Part shown: piece after piece, positions 43,286 through 53,979 of the stretch | Position numbering within the stretch: position 1 is the stretch's first letter | Layout: each line of letters opens with the position of its first letter | Source of the DNA: Candidatus Moraniibacteriota bacterium | GTDB taxonomy: Bacteria > Patescibacteriota > Minisyncoccia > Moranbacterales > UBA1568 | Assembly (NCBI GenBank): GCA_963778555.1 | Contig: CAVZUR010000004.1 | Span: forward strand, 308,151 to 372,150 | Reading direction: 5' to 3' | DNA: 64,000 bases | Position numbers and translations under genes: made by a program | Notes under the pieces: model-generated | What the model saw: only the letters and a program-made list of their open reading frames with translations | Databases searched by the model: none | What the model was told of the DNA's origin: nothing

Positions 43286-44323
43286 ATGGAATTAAAAATT
43301 GAACGTCTTGGAGTTCTGTTGGAAAAGACCGCATTCCCTTTCGAAAGTCAGGCTGTTTTTAATCCGGGCATCTACCAAGAAGGTGAAACGGTTCATATGT
43401 TTTATCGTGCTGTTGCGGCCGATCGAACGTCCTCAATCGGATACTGCCGGATTGAAAACGGGACAGACGTCGTCGAACGACGGGAGACTCCCCTCCTCGT
43501 GCCAGAACACGACTACGAGATCAAAGGGATGGAGGACCCACGCATCACGAAGATGGGTGATACCTATTACATGATCTACGTCGCCTACGACGGATTCAAT
43601 GCCCGGCTCGCCTATGCGACGAGTAAAGACCTGCGCACGTTCACCAAGCACGGTATCATCAGCCCGAACATCACCTACCAGGAAGCCGCCGGACTGTTCA
43701 ATTCGCGCGCCCTCAAGAATGACTACTTTGTCTTCGCCGCGTACATGCAGCAAAGCTACGGAGATAAGATTCTCCTCTGGGAGAAAGACGGTTTCCTCAT
43801 GCCAAAGAAATTCAACGGAAAGTTCGCGCTCGTCCATCGCGTCCTGCCTGACATTCAGATGGTCTTTTTCGACTCGTTCGAGGACCTCCAATCGGAAGAA
43901 TTCTGGAAAGGCTATCTCTGCAACCTCGAGAAATTCGTCGTCGTGGAAAATACGGAATGGTTCGAAGGTCGCAACATCGGCGCGGGTGGCCCGGCTATCG
44001 AGACCGCGGCAGGCTGGCTCCTCCTCTACCATGGGGTCTACGAGACCAACAAGGGCAGGACTTATTCCATGGGAGCGGCGCTACTGGATCTCGACAATCC
44101 CCTGAAGCTCGTCGCCAAACTCCAACAGCCGCTTCTCATTCCGACGGAAAAATGGGAGGTGAGTGGCGAAGTTGGAAATACGATTTTCCCGACGGCTGCA
44201 GCGCGGATCGGGAAATACCTCTACATTTATTACGGGTCTGCAGACGAACGCATCGCGGTGGCCAGAATCGAGCTCGATAACTTCCTTCGCGACATCATCA
44301 CGAACGGCCTTCCAGGTCGATGA
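43286..44323 (+). CDS. GH130-like glycosidase/phosphorylase
   Basis: VFNPG, YRA, GMEDPRI, WEKD, WLLLYHGV, IYYGSAD. Confidence 0.85.
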   Translation: MELKIERLGVLLEKTAFPFESQAVFNPGIYQEGETVHMFYRAVAADRTSSIGYCRIENGTDVVERRETPLLVPEHDYEIKGMEDPRITKMGDTYYMIYVAYDGFNARLAYATSKDLRTFTKHGIISPNITYQEAAGLFNSRALKNDYFVFAAYMQQSYGDKILLWEKDGFLMPKKFNGKFALVHRVLPDIQMVFFDSFEDLQSEEFWKGYLCNLEKFVVVENTEWFEGRNIGAGGPAIETAAGWLLLYHGVYETNKGRTYSMGAALLDLDNPLKLVAKLQQPLLIPTEKWEVSGEVGNTIFPTAAARIGKYLYIYYGSADERIAVARIELDNFLRDIITNGLPGR

Positions 44324-46589
44324 GCGATATCGGGTCAGCGATGCTGTGCCGGGCCAAGAGATAACAAACCGTCGACTCGGACCCCTGGTTCAGGTTCACC
44401 GAATGTACTGTCAGTCCATCAAAACAGCCGCCCGTCGATTCGTCGTAGACCATGAGACCCAGGGCATTGTTCCCGAGAAACCAGCTGAAGACGGTCTCAG
44501 TCGCCCGACGATACTTTTCGTTTCCAGTGAGATCATATGCAGCCCGGAGACAAAGCACTAGACTTGATGCCTCTTCCGGCTGCTGATCAAAATGAGGCCG
44601 GACACCGCCGCGCTTGAACCAACCGCTCTGCCCGATTGGCCAGGCCTGATTCCCGATGATTGTCTGACGTAACAGGAAATCGAGCGCTGTCTCTCCGACG
44701 GCTCGATACTGCGGATTGCCGGTGACTCGTGCAGCGATGAGAAGCGCCTCGGGCATCACCGCATTACCGTAGGTCAGTTCCGACTCGAACCAGTTCCAAT
44801 CCTCTCCGCTATTCACTTCAAAGCTCGCAATGAGCTTCTCGCCTGTCTCCTCGAGTAGACTGAGGTAACGGCGACTTCTTTCGCGAGACAAACCAGGCTT
44901 TTCGAGCATGTACGCGAGTGCCTTGATGAAGTTCGCTTGCGCCCGTGGAAAATCAAAATCTGTCTTTCCCCCCTCCTGATCGACGAGCGTTTCAAACCGC
45001 CGATCCGCGCTGGTCCGCTGCGCCTCCGGAAGGTCAGACAAAGCGCTCACGAAACTCAGTGCCAAGAGCGCCCGCGTGTGACCCTCCTCGCGGTTCAAGC
45101 TATTGCCCGCATCATCCGGCGAGTGGTCAAAATGGAAGATATTGAGGAGCAGCCCCGCCTCCGGTTGGCAACTCAGCACGAAGTCCAAATAGATCGACGC
45201 GAGCTTCTCAGAAACACCCTTCTTGGGGGATTGTTTATGGATCATTGCCGTCACCAAAAGTGCGCGTGCGTTGTCGTCGAGCGTATAGCCGGATTCTTTC
45301 CAGGGTTCGGCCAATCGACAAAATTGAAGAATCCCGTGCTTTGTGGTCATTCGTTCGAGGTGAGACAGTTTGATCACCGGCAGTCGACGCAAAGAGATCC
45401 GAAGCGTCGGCACCAATGACGCGAAAGTTGCAGCATAAGCATTGGCCACATTGCCCCATGTCATATGGCGCGATCCGCTATACGCCAGATATCCCATATC
45501 CTGAAGCTTTTCCGGCTCACTGAGCATCTGAAGCAACGCCTGAGAATAGGCTGTTTCATCCCGCACCGGGACTAACTTCCCAATCGAGGGAACCACAAGC
45601 TCACGCGCCTGTGAAAAATTCGTCGAGAGCACCGGCCGCCCCACTCCGATCGCATACGAGAGCGTCCCCGATACCGCCTGATGCGGATCAAGCGATGTCG
45701 CGATATAGATATCAGTCATCTGAAGCGCCTGAATCAGGTGTTTCAGATCGAAATATTTATTATAGAAACGGACGTGCCGAGTCAAGCCAAGCCGCTTCAC
45801 CTCCGCAAACAGCGATTTGCGATACTTTTCGCCATCTTTTTTCAGCACATTTGGATGCGTCGCTCCGACGACGAGATAGATCACGTCCGGATATTTCTGC
45901 ACCACCAGCGGCAGCGCGCGCAAGACATACTCGATACCCTTGTTCCGACTGAGCAGGCCGAATGTCGTGAGGACCGTATGTCCTTCCAGCCCAAATTCTC
46001 CTTTCTCCTTGCCCGATGACTCAAACGGGACAGCTGGGATTCCATGGGGAATGACCGAAATCTTCTCCGTCGAGATACCGTAGTCACGCGTCAAAATCTC
46101 TTTGGATTGGCATGTCATCACAATAAAGCGCTCACTCAAAGCTGAAAGTTCCTCCACCCGTTTACGAAAGAGGGGCTGCGGATCGGGCAGAACCGTATGG
46201 AATACAATCGCCCGCGGTACGCGGACCCGCTTCAAAAGCTCCAGAATATAGGCGCCGTACATGCCCCCGAATATCCCGAACTCATGCTGGATGCAAACCA
46301 GCGCCGGCTGCTCACGATTGATGTAATCGGCTGCCTTGGCATAGTCGGCACGTTCATCCTGTTGGATCTGGAACACGACCCGCTGCCCCGGATAGATATA
46401 GAAATTTCGATTACTATCATTGATCGCGATCACTTTAGCGGTGATGAACGGTGCAAATGTTTTTTCGAAATTAGTCAGCAAATCGTACGTAAAAGTCGCC
46501 AGACCGCACTCTCGGGGCGGGAAGGTCGAGACAAAAAAAATAGTCTGTTTGGTGGAGGGCATTGTATTGGAAAGATCCGATAATGACAT
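44298..46589 (-). CDS. GT4 glycosyltransferase fused to a six-hairpin-like C-terminal domain
   Basis: STFPPRECGLATF, QHEFGIFGG, KGIE, SGTLSYA, GYTLDDNARAL, FDQQP, NQGSEST. Confidence 0.88.
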   Translation of the reverse strand: MSLSDLSNTMPSTKQTIFFVSTFPPRECGLATFTYDLLTNFEKTFAPFITAKVIAINDSNRNFYIYPGQRVVFQIQQDERADYAKAADYINREQPALVCIQHEFGIFGGMYGAYILELLKRVRVPRAIVFHTVLPDPQPLFRKRVEELSALSERFIVMTCQSKEILTRDYGISTEKISVIPHGIPAVPFESSGKEKGEFGLEGHTVLTTFGLLSRNKGIEYVLRALPLVVQKYPDVIYLVVGATHPNVLKKDGEKYRKSLFAEVKRLGLTRHVRFYNKYFDLKHLIQALQMTDIYIATSLDPHQAVSGTLSYAIGVGRPVLSTNFSQARELVVPSIGKLVPVRDETAYSQALLQMLSEPEKLQDMGYLAYSGSRHMTWGNVANAYAATFASLVPTLRISLRRLPVIKLSHLERMTTKHGILQFCRLAEPWKESGYTLDDNARALLVTAMIHKQSPKKGVSEKLASIYLDFVLSCQPEAGLLLNIFHFDHSPDDAGNSLNREEGHTRALLALSFVSALSDLPEAQRTSADRRFETLVDQEGGKTDFDFPRAQANFIKALAYMLEKPGLSRERSRRYLSLLEETGEKLIASFEVNSGEDWNWFESELTYGNAVMPEALLIAARVTGNPQYRAVGETALDFLLRQTIIGNQAWPIGQSGWFKRGGVRPHFDQQPEEASSLVLCLRAAYDLTGNEKYRRATETVFSWFLGNNALGLMVYDESTGGCFDGLTVHSVNLNQGSESTVCYLLARHSIADPISLIDLEGRS

Positions 46590-46738
46590 CATCTCATCCA
46601 ACCGTTTCTGGCCAGATTCCAAATAAGCTGCATTATGCCATGCTTTAGAAAAACTTGCAATACAAAAGTTAGAGGGAAGAAAAAAAGCGGGTGGGGTCTA
46701 AGAGACTCCCTCCCGCTCCAGTTTGTCCTGTCCTTCGG

Positions 46739-47263
46739 TCAGGTTTTGGTATAGTCGACGATGGCGCCCTCTTTACGGGCTGCTTGCTCGGCCCAGATGA
46801 CTTCATTGGGCGTCGGGACGCGGCGCACCTGGCCATGCGGATCCAAGAACCCTGCCCGATCTTCGATGCCGTAGTCGATGCAAGATTCCCGCATGCAACC
46901 GATGGGCCGACCGGCGCGTTCGTCCTGGATACCATCTGCCGGCTGGTAGTACCGCGCGTACTCCGGCATCACTCGCTTCGGATCCGCTAGACTGTGGAGC
47001 GTCACCGGATCGCCGACGAAGATCGGCCGACCACAATGCCAGCACTGTATCGTCATCGCCTGCAGACAGACATGGCAATACCCAGTCGTGCCGTTCGCAC
47101 TGACCGGTACTTTGAGCGAGCGGCTTTCTCCAAATGCCCGCACGAGTCCGCGGACTTGGGTCCGATGTCCGCAGACAATGGCCGGGATACGGCGCAATTG
47201 CCACAGCCACCACACCAATGCACCGAGGCTGATCAAGCCGCCAATCCATACGAATGTACTCAT
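46739..47263 (-). CDS. hypothetical membrane-anchored Cys-rich (Zn-finger-like) protein
   Basis: AAGGAG RBS; promoter TTGACA-N17-TATACT at 47367-47339; CGH, CHVC, CWHC motifs. Confidence 0.6.
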   Translation of the reverse strand: MSTFVWIGGLISLGALVWWLWQLRRIPAIVCGHRTQVRGLVRAFGESRSLKVPVSANGTTGYCHVCLQAMTIQCWHCGRPIFVGDPVTLHSLADPKRVMPEYARYYQPADGIQDERAGRPIGCMRESCIDYGIEDRAGFLDPHGQVRRVPTPNEVIWAEQAARKEGAIVDYTKT

Positions 47264-47486
47264 TTCACTCTCCTTGATTGTGAAAAAGACGCAACACATG
47301 CGTTTCCATGGGGGAAACGGGTAAAGGAACGTGCGACGAGTATACCCCACTCGTCCGATTATGTCAAGAGGAAACATACATTTTTCTTACTCTATTCTTT
47401 TTTCCAACTTTTCAGCATTCGACAAAAAAAAGCGGGTTGTATCCAATAGGCTACTCCCCGCCTCAATTCAAACCGATGTATCACAG

Positions 47487-48155
47487 TTATTCTGCTTCTT
47501 CACTGTCTGGTAATACGGTACCCGCCTGCACGGCTCGGAGCGAGGCGATGCGCTTGCGCGTGCCCGGGTGGGTAGGGGTATCAAATTTCATGCCCTGACG
47601 CAACGTCGAGAACCCCACATCAGGTGGCCAGCCGAGCTTGGTCAATACTCGCAACGCAAAGGCATCGGCGGTGTACTCCTGGCGGTGTGCCAGCGCCGAG
47701 GCATCACGTCCGAGCAGGCCAGCCACTGGATCGGTCTTGTCCTGAGTCACTTCACCCGGAATCCAACGCTGGTAGACGCGGCCCATTTGCGCCCAGTGAC
47801 GTTGGATTACGTGCCCGATTTCATGGGCGATGATGAATATCCGTTCGCCTTCGGGCAGATCAGCCAGCGACTCGTTCGCGATGATGATGTTGCCATGCAG
47901 CGTCTCGGCGAGCGGAGAACCGCTGATGACGCGAAATTCGATGGCAACGTCGGATTGCACGGCTTGGGCCAATTTCTCGAACGTCATGCGCACGATCTGG
48001 GTACGCTCTGCATCCTGTGCGGGTTTCAGTGCATCGAGGCGCTGCTGTTGTGAACGACGTATTACGTCGATGATGTCCTCGCCACAGGCTGATGGACAAA
48101 ACCCTGTCCCCAAGACAAGAGCGACCATGGCTACGAACAACGGCTGCTTGCTCAT
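47487..48155 (-). CDS. M48 family metallopeptidase, exported
   Basis: AHEIGH, EYTAD.FA, THP...RI; strong RBS. Confidence 0.85.
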   Translation of the reverse strand: MSKQPLFVAMVALVLGTGFCPSACGEDIIDVIRRSQQQRLDALKPAQDAERTQIVRMTFEKLAQAVQSDVAIEFRVISGSPLAETLHGNIIIANESLADLPEGERIFIIAHEIGHVIQRHWAQMGRVYQRWIPGEVTQDKTDPVAGLLGRDASALAHRQEYTADAFALRVLTKLGWPPDVGFSTLRQGMKFDTPTHPGTRKRIASLRAVQAGTVLPDSEEAE

Positions 48156-48398
48156 TTCCGACTCCTTCCTTCAAAAGAACAGTGGAAACTACAAAAAATG
48201 GGATCCTCTCCGGATTGACGATAAAAAAAACGAGAAGCTCCCTGCCCTCCGCCTCCATACTACACTGGAAAGCGAGTACAGGCATAGGAATTCCCGTCAA
48301 GTCCCTCTGATTTTCTGCTACTAAACTAATTTCAAGTAAGAAAAAAAGGGGAAACGGTTTGCATCGTTCCCCTCGATACTGACTGAAAGTTCTTCCCG

Positions 48399-48905
48399 TC
48401 AGCAGGTCAGTGGCCGCCGCAGCACCCGGGCATGGAGGAGTCGGCCCCATGGCACCGAAGTGCGCTTGCCGTCCACGACAATGTCCTGGCACGGTTCCAC
48501 GATGACACGCGGAATCGGCATCTGCTCATGATCGGTGTGGCCGCAGCGGTGCCAGAGATCACAGCACTTCCGCATCCCCCACATATCCACCGCTTCGCAC
48601 TCCTCAGGAGGGATGGAAAGCTTGAACGAATAGTGGTGGCCTGAACTATTGCGCCCAGATACGCAGCCAGCCGCCTGCCAGGTGACACCGAGGTCAGCAA
48701 CAAATTTCGAAAGAAACTCGGCTTGTCCGGCACTGCCGCCGCGCTGGCCGAAGAGAAAGTTCATGCCCAACAACGCGGTCGTATCCCGGATCTCGAGTCG
48801 CAGCTTCACGAGGCTGAGCCGCGTTTCGCCCTCATAGTGCGGAACTGGCCAGGCGGGCAGACCATGGCTGGCCTGCCACTCAAAAACTGTCGCTTGATAC
48901 ATCAT
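48399..48905 (-). CDS. hypothetical protein
   Basis: AGGAG RBS, 168-aa ORF, downstream terminator at 48340-48375. Confidence 0.55.
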   Translation of the reverse strand: MMYQATVFEWQASHGLPAWPVPHYEGETRLSLVKLRLEIRDTTALLGMNFLFGQRGGSAGQAEFLSKFVADLGVTWQAAGCVSGRNSSGHHYSFKLSIPPEECEAVDMWGMRKCCDLWHRCGHTDHEQMPIPRVIVEPCQDIVVDGKRTSVPWGRLLHARVLRRPLTC

Positions 48906-49095
48906 TCGATTCTCCTGCTGTTGAGGTACACACTGACATATCGGTTTCCGCTGGAAACCACCAAAGAACTTCCGGAAAATATATCCCCTTTCGATCTCCC
49001 TGTCAATATAAAAGCCACCCCGATTGAGACTGTGGTGGCTTTCGAAAAAGAGCGTCGGTTCCCCGCTCAGTCAGGTGCGGCTCAGACTCGAACCG

Positions 49096-49485
49096 TCACT
49101 GGCGTTTCTGTGCCTGATCAGTGGAAACCGGCGGTCTAGCGTACTGCGCGACGATCGTTCGATGATTGCGAGCAATCCAGACGAGGAAACCGTTGAACAG
49201 TATGAGCCCTCCCAACCACCCCATCACGGCCGAAAAGGGATCGATGGCGCCGCTGACCACGATCAGTACTTGTGCGTTCATCGCCAGTGAAGCCAGCTGG
49301 CTCCAGTACGCAAAGATCGTCATCCGCTTCGCCAAAATAAGAATGTCCTGCCTGGCAACAGGTTCGAGCATCCAGACGGTTCGCACCATCGGCAACAGCT
49401 TCCGGGCAATCAAGAACTGAAACGCAAGATTCAGAATGGCGATACCGTACAGGATCGCCAGACTCACTACATCACTCCTACTCAT
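49096..49485 (-). CDS. hypothetical membrane protein
   Basis: Three TMs; promoter TTGACG-N17-GATACT at 49585-49557. Confidence 0.6.
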   Translation of the reverse strand: MSRSDVVSLAILYGIAILNLAFQFLIARKLLPMVRTVWMLEPVARQDILILAKRMTIFAYWSQLASLAMNAQVLIVVSGAIDPFSAVMGWLGGLILFNGFLVWIARNHRTIVAQYARPPVSTDQAQKRQ

Positions 49486-49624
49486 GGTCTACCCCCTTCA
49501 AGAGTGGTTTGAACACTGGTCTCCTCACGGAAAACCGCTTGAAAGAACTTCCGCCGAGTATCACATATTCGCTCTTGCGCGTCAATCTTTCCCCACCGCT
49601 GGTGTGAGGCCAAATGAATCGTTC

Positions 49625-49671
49625 CGTTTTAGCATATTCCCACGATCGTAGGAATAATAGAGTTTTGAAAT
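49625..49671. repeat. 47-bp direct repeat, copy A, with palindromic core
   Basis: 43/47 identical to 53980-54026. Confidence 0.9.
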
Positions 49672-49725
49672 CTGGAGATAAGGGGGGGGGGTTGGAAGTG
49701 GCTTTCAATGTTTCCGTATTCTTAT

Positions 49726-49754
49726 TTGACGAGGGAACATTTGTTCCCTATAGT
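49726..49754 (+). promoter_or_regulatory. sigma70 promoter with an SOS-box operator in its spacer
   Basis: TTGACG-N17-TATAGT; the spacer is AGGGAACA-TT-TGTTCCC(T), containing GAAC-N4-GTTC. Confidence 0.85.
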
Positions 49755-49775
49755 GAGGAAGGACCTCCCCCTCCT

Positions 49776-50348
49776 ATGGAAACGACCATCGCCCTCGCCA
49801 AGATTCAAGCCTTTTATGAAAAGAAACGGCGCATGCCGACCGTGCGTGAAATCGCGATACTTATCCGCACGCGTTCGATGAAGCAAGTGACCCGTCTCAT
49901 CGACACTCTCGTCGCGACCGATGCTATCGAGCGCGATGCCAAGGGCAGGCTCTTGCCGAGCGCTCTTTTTACGAGCATCCGCAAGCTCGGGCTGGTCGAG
50001 GCTGGTTTCCCCTCACCCGCCGAAGAAGAGCTCCTCGATACCATGACCCTCGATGAGTGGCTCATAAAGCGGCGCGAAGCCACCTACATGCTCGAGATCA
50101 AAGGCGAGTCGATGATCAATGCCGGCATCCGGCCGGGCGACACCGCCTTGGTCGAACGCGGCCGCGAGCCCAAACACGGCGACATCGTCATCGCCCAAGT
50201 CGACGGCAAATGGACGATGAAGTACTACCATATCCAAGCCCGAGGAAAGATCGCTCTTGTCCCCGCCAATCCGAAGTTCCCGACCCTCTATCCGGAAGAA
50301 GAACTCCGCATCGAGGCCATCGTCACGGCTATCATCCGCAAATACTAG
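49776..50348 (+). CDS. LexA-type HTH fused to a UmuD-like S24 autopeptidase
   Basis: MPTVREIA HTH; VEAGFPSPA UmuD-type cleavage site; GESM Ser; WTMK Lys. Confidence 0.88.
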   Translation: METTIALAKIQAFYEKKRRMPTVREIAILIRTRSMKQVTRLIDTLVATDAIERDAKGRLLPSALFTSIRKLGLVEAGFPSPAEEELLDTMTLDEWLIKRREATYMLEIKGESMINAGIRPGDTALVERGREPKHGDIVIAQVDGKWTMKYYHIQARGKIALVPANPKFPTLYPEEELRIEAIVTAIIRKY

Positions 50349-50352
50349 GACT

Positions 50353-51765
50353 ATGGCTGCCCCCATCGTCCTGGGGAGATTCCCTCGCGCCATCCTCCAC
50401 ATCGATGGCGATGCATTCTTCGCCTCATGCGAGCAGGCCAGGAATCCCGAGCTCCGTGGCAAACCCGTCATCTGCGGCGCCGAGCGCGGCATCGCGGCCT
50501 CCATGAGCTATGAAGCGAAAGCCAAAGGTGTCACCCGCGCGATGCGTTTGTTTGAAATAAAAAAGCTCTGCCCCGACGCCATCATCCTCCCCTCTGATTA
50601 CGAAACCTATTCGCTCCTCTCGAAAAGATTTTATGACATCGTCCGCCGCTACACCTCCGATGTCGAGGAATACGGCATCGATGAATGCTTCGCCGATATC
50701 ACTGGCCTCCAGCGTCCGCACAAGCTTTCCTATACCAAAATCGCCGCCCGGATCCAAACAGAATTGAAGGCCGAGCTCGGCTTCACCTTTTCCATCGGTC
50801 TCGCTTCGACCAAAGTGCTCGCCAAAGTTGGCTCGAAGTGGGCCAAGCCCCACGGCCTCACCGCGATCCCAAACAAGTACATTCACCGCTACCTCGAAAC
50901 GCTCCCCGTGGGTGCTGTCTGGGGTATCGGTCCGCAGACGACCGCCCTCCTTCAGAAATTCGGCATCCACACCGCGCTCGACTTCGTCCGCCGCGACGAT
51001 GCCTGGGTGAAACACTACTTTTCGAAACCGTTCCAAGAGATCTGGCATGAACTCCGCGGCCAAAGTGTCCTGCCCCTCGCGACCGAACCCAGAAGCGATC
51101 ACTCCTCGGTCCAAAAGATGAAGACCTTCACCCCGCCCTCGAATGATCCGCGCTTCGTCTTCGCCCAGCTCGCCAAAAATATCGAGTCCGCCTGCATGCG
51201 CGCGAGACAGTATGGACTGGAAGCGAAACGGGTCTACATCCTCTTGCGCACTCAGTCGTTTGAACATCATTCGACCGAGCTCATGCTCTCGCGCCCGACC
51301 AATTTCGCCCACGAACTCCTGGAGATAGCCCGACCTGCCTTTGATGACCTCTTCCGACCCGGCACGCTCTATCGCGCCACTATGGTCACGCTCGCCGAGC
51401 TGACCCACCCGAATCCGCAGCCTGACCTCTTCGGCGGCTCGCTCGCGGTCGACAACTATCGCCGGCTCTACGAAGGCATCGATCAGGTCCGCGCCAAGTA
51501 TGGCAAGCACACCCTCCACTTCGGCTCCTCATTCATGGCGCATGGCACACGCCCAGCACGACGGCGACCGCGGCGAAGAGCCCGAACGCAAACGCCATCT
51601 CCTCAAGGGCGAGACCAAACGCCGCCATCTCGGCATCCCCATGATTCACCGCCGAACTCTCGTAGTCAAACGAAAACCAGCCTCGGAAGAAGGCTGGTCT
51701 CGCGTGTCGCACGACTACTCTATTTCGTCTTGTTGCCGACCGCTTTGGCACTGCTCTCGACATAA
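50353..51765 (+). CDS. Y-family DNA polymerase (DinB/UmuC-like); probable 3' frameshift near 51545
   Basis: HIDGDAFFAS, SYEAK, GIDE, SIG...K.LAK, VWGIG, QPDLF clamp motif. Confidence 0.92.
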   Translation: MAAPIVLGRFPRAILHIDGDAFFASCEQARNPELRGKPVICGAERGIAASMSYEAKAKGVTRAMRLFEIKKLCPDAIILPSDYETYSLLSKRFYDIVRRYTSDVEEYGIDECFADITGLQRPHKLSYTKIAARIQTELKAELGFTFSIGLASTKVLAKVGSKWAKPHGLTAIPNKYIHRYLETLPVGAVWGIGPQTTALLQKFGIHTALDFVRRDDAWVKHYFSKPFQEIWHELRGQSVLPLATEPRSDHSSVQKMKTFTPPSNDPRFVFAQLAKNIESACMRARQYGLEAKRVYILLRTQSFEHHSTELMLSRPTNFAHELLEIARPAFDDLFRPGTLYRATMVTLAELTHPNPQPDLFGGSLAVDNYRRLYEGIDQVRAKYGKHTLHFGSSFMAHGTRPARRRPRRRARTQTPSPQGRDQTPPSRHPHDSPPNSRSQTKTSLGRRLVSRVARLLYFVLLPTALALLST

Positions 51766-52672
51766 CTCACACAATCCCCCTGATTCTTGAAGACAGGATT
51801 ATTGAAGGTCTTCCAGCCATCGCTCTTGCATTGGTCCTTGTTCGTCGGCGAAGTCAGGACTGGACCGGAAACAAGCGTCAGATTGTCGATCACGAAACCC
51901 TTTCCTGCGGTCGCTGGAGCGGCCGTCCCGCCGGTACGGAAGAGCACAGAGTCTACCGTCCGTGTCGGATTAACTTCCTGATCGCGGAAGTAATCCTCCC
52001 AGCTCGTACCTGTATGCCTGAGCACGCCATCCACATACACCTTCACGACGTCATTCGCCGGACCATCGACGAAGTCCATGCGTCACTTTTACGGTATGCG
52101 GTACCGTTCGATCCAGTTCGTTCGCCGCGTTCGTAAAGATGAAATCATCGACGCTCGTCTGATAATCATAGAAGTTTACTTCAAGTCCAGTTGGCATATC
52201 AGCCATCTGGATCCAGCTCATGCGCGCGCCATCGCCCCGGTCAGGGCTCGCAACGACCGAAAGACCCGGCTGTTCAGCTCCGGGGACAGTCGATGCGAAA
52301 TCCCACTGGGCTTCAAAATGCGTTTTGCGCGTCCCGCCAGACATTCCGTCTCCCATGGCCGAAGTCTCACCGGCCTCATCCGCGAGCGACTTCGAAAACG
52401 TCTGATCGCCGAAACAGCCGCTCGTCACCGCGTTCGACATCCGAAGTGCCTGCGCACCAAAGGTCGGAAACCCATAAGTATTCGCTACAACCGCATGATC
52501 ATACAACGCACAACCTGAGCCGATTGAACCAGAGACTACTCCATCCGTCCTGATTGTGAACTGAGCTGACGACATAGGTCGGCGATTCGAAGTTGATCGC
52601 CGAACTGTCGGCTTTGGCACCGATTGCAAATAATAGAAAAGCGGCCAGACCGATAAATGTCAATTTTTTCAT
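51720..52672 (-). CDS. secreted protein with C-terminal KDQCK..GW..FKNQGDCVS motif (frameshifts)
   Basis: Signal peptide at ATG 52672, continuing in ORFs 52051..52629 and 51720..52079; promoter TTGACA-N17-TAAAAT at 52788-52756. Confidence 0.6.
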
Positions 52673-52963
52673 ACGCTATTGCTTTAGGAAATATCAGTTC
52701 TTCTGGTCCGACCATTCATACGCGCCACCGGGCATGAAACCAGTTTGCTACCCCTATTTTAGCACCCCCCCTTCACGGACGCTGTCAAGGATTGAGGGTA
52801 TTTTGTCATGTCCCTTTCCTCAGCCAATTCCCTCCCCGGACGTGCAGGCGCTCAAAGTGAGAAGACTCAGACCACCATCAACAAAACCGCCCAGGACACG
52901 GACCGGCGGCTTTCAGTTTGAAAAAAAATTCACAGTATTCCAAAGAGTCTCTATACTACACTG

Positions 52964-53913
52964 ATGAAAATAGTCTTTGGACTCATGCTGCTCACCCTCC
53001 TGTTCGCTCTCCCTTTTGTTTTTCCCCAAACCAAAAAAGAGCCTGAGGCGCTGCCAGAACCGCCAGCGAGTGAAGAGAAAAAGATACGGACCCGATCGCC
53101 GAAAAAAAGACGCCCGGTCTCACGCTTTCTCCTCCCTCAGTCATCCAAGGAGAACCCGTGCTCATCACCGTGGATGAAGTGGCCGACCTGGCTGACATAG
53201 ACGCTCTCACGCTCGACGACCAGTCGATCCCCATTTTTGAATATCAGGGAAAACCGGCTGCTTTTCTCGGTATCGATCTGCACAAAAAGCCCGGTCCGTA
53301 CCGAGTGGCGCTCTCTCTCAAAGACGGACGGGAAACGGCGGCGACCCTCGAGGTGAAAGAGCGAATTCTCCCCGTATCGGATTTCGACATCCCTGAGAGC
53401 TTCGGCGGCAACACTCCGGCCGGCGAACAAGAGCTCACGAGCAATCTGGAAACTGATACCAAGACTTTGAACGCCGTGACGGCAATCGTAAGCCCGAAAA
53501 AACTCTGGGAAGGCGCATTCCGCCATCCCCTCAACGGACCGATCTTCGTCACCGATGTGTACGGCTATAGTCGCCAAACCGGCGCTACAAACATCAGCCA
53601 TAACGGCACGGACTTCCGGGCCGCTGTCGGGACGCCCGTGTACGCCATGAACGCGGGCCGAGTGGCTTTGCTGGAGCTTTCCGAAACTACGGGAACACCG
53701 TCATAATCGATCACGGCTTGGGAGTGATGACCATGTACATGCACCTTTCCCAGATCAATGTTGAACTCGGTAAGCCCGTGGAGAAAGGTGACCTGATCGC
53801 CTTGAGCGGCAATACCGGCTACTCGCTCGGTCCCCATCTCCACCTCTCCGTCCGTATTTATGGTTACTCCATAGACCCCATCAAATTTCTTGAACTGATG
53901 GGCCTCCGAATAA
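52964..53913 (+). CDS. M23 family peptidase (frameshifts)
   Basis: HNGTDF...GTPVYA, YMHLS, GNTGYS.GPHLH, IDP. Confidence 0.85.
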
Positions 53914-53979
53914 GCCCCCGAGAAGCAAACAAATGCGCCCTCTGCAATACGCATGGCGGCTTTCAATTTTCATTATCCA

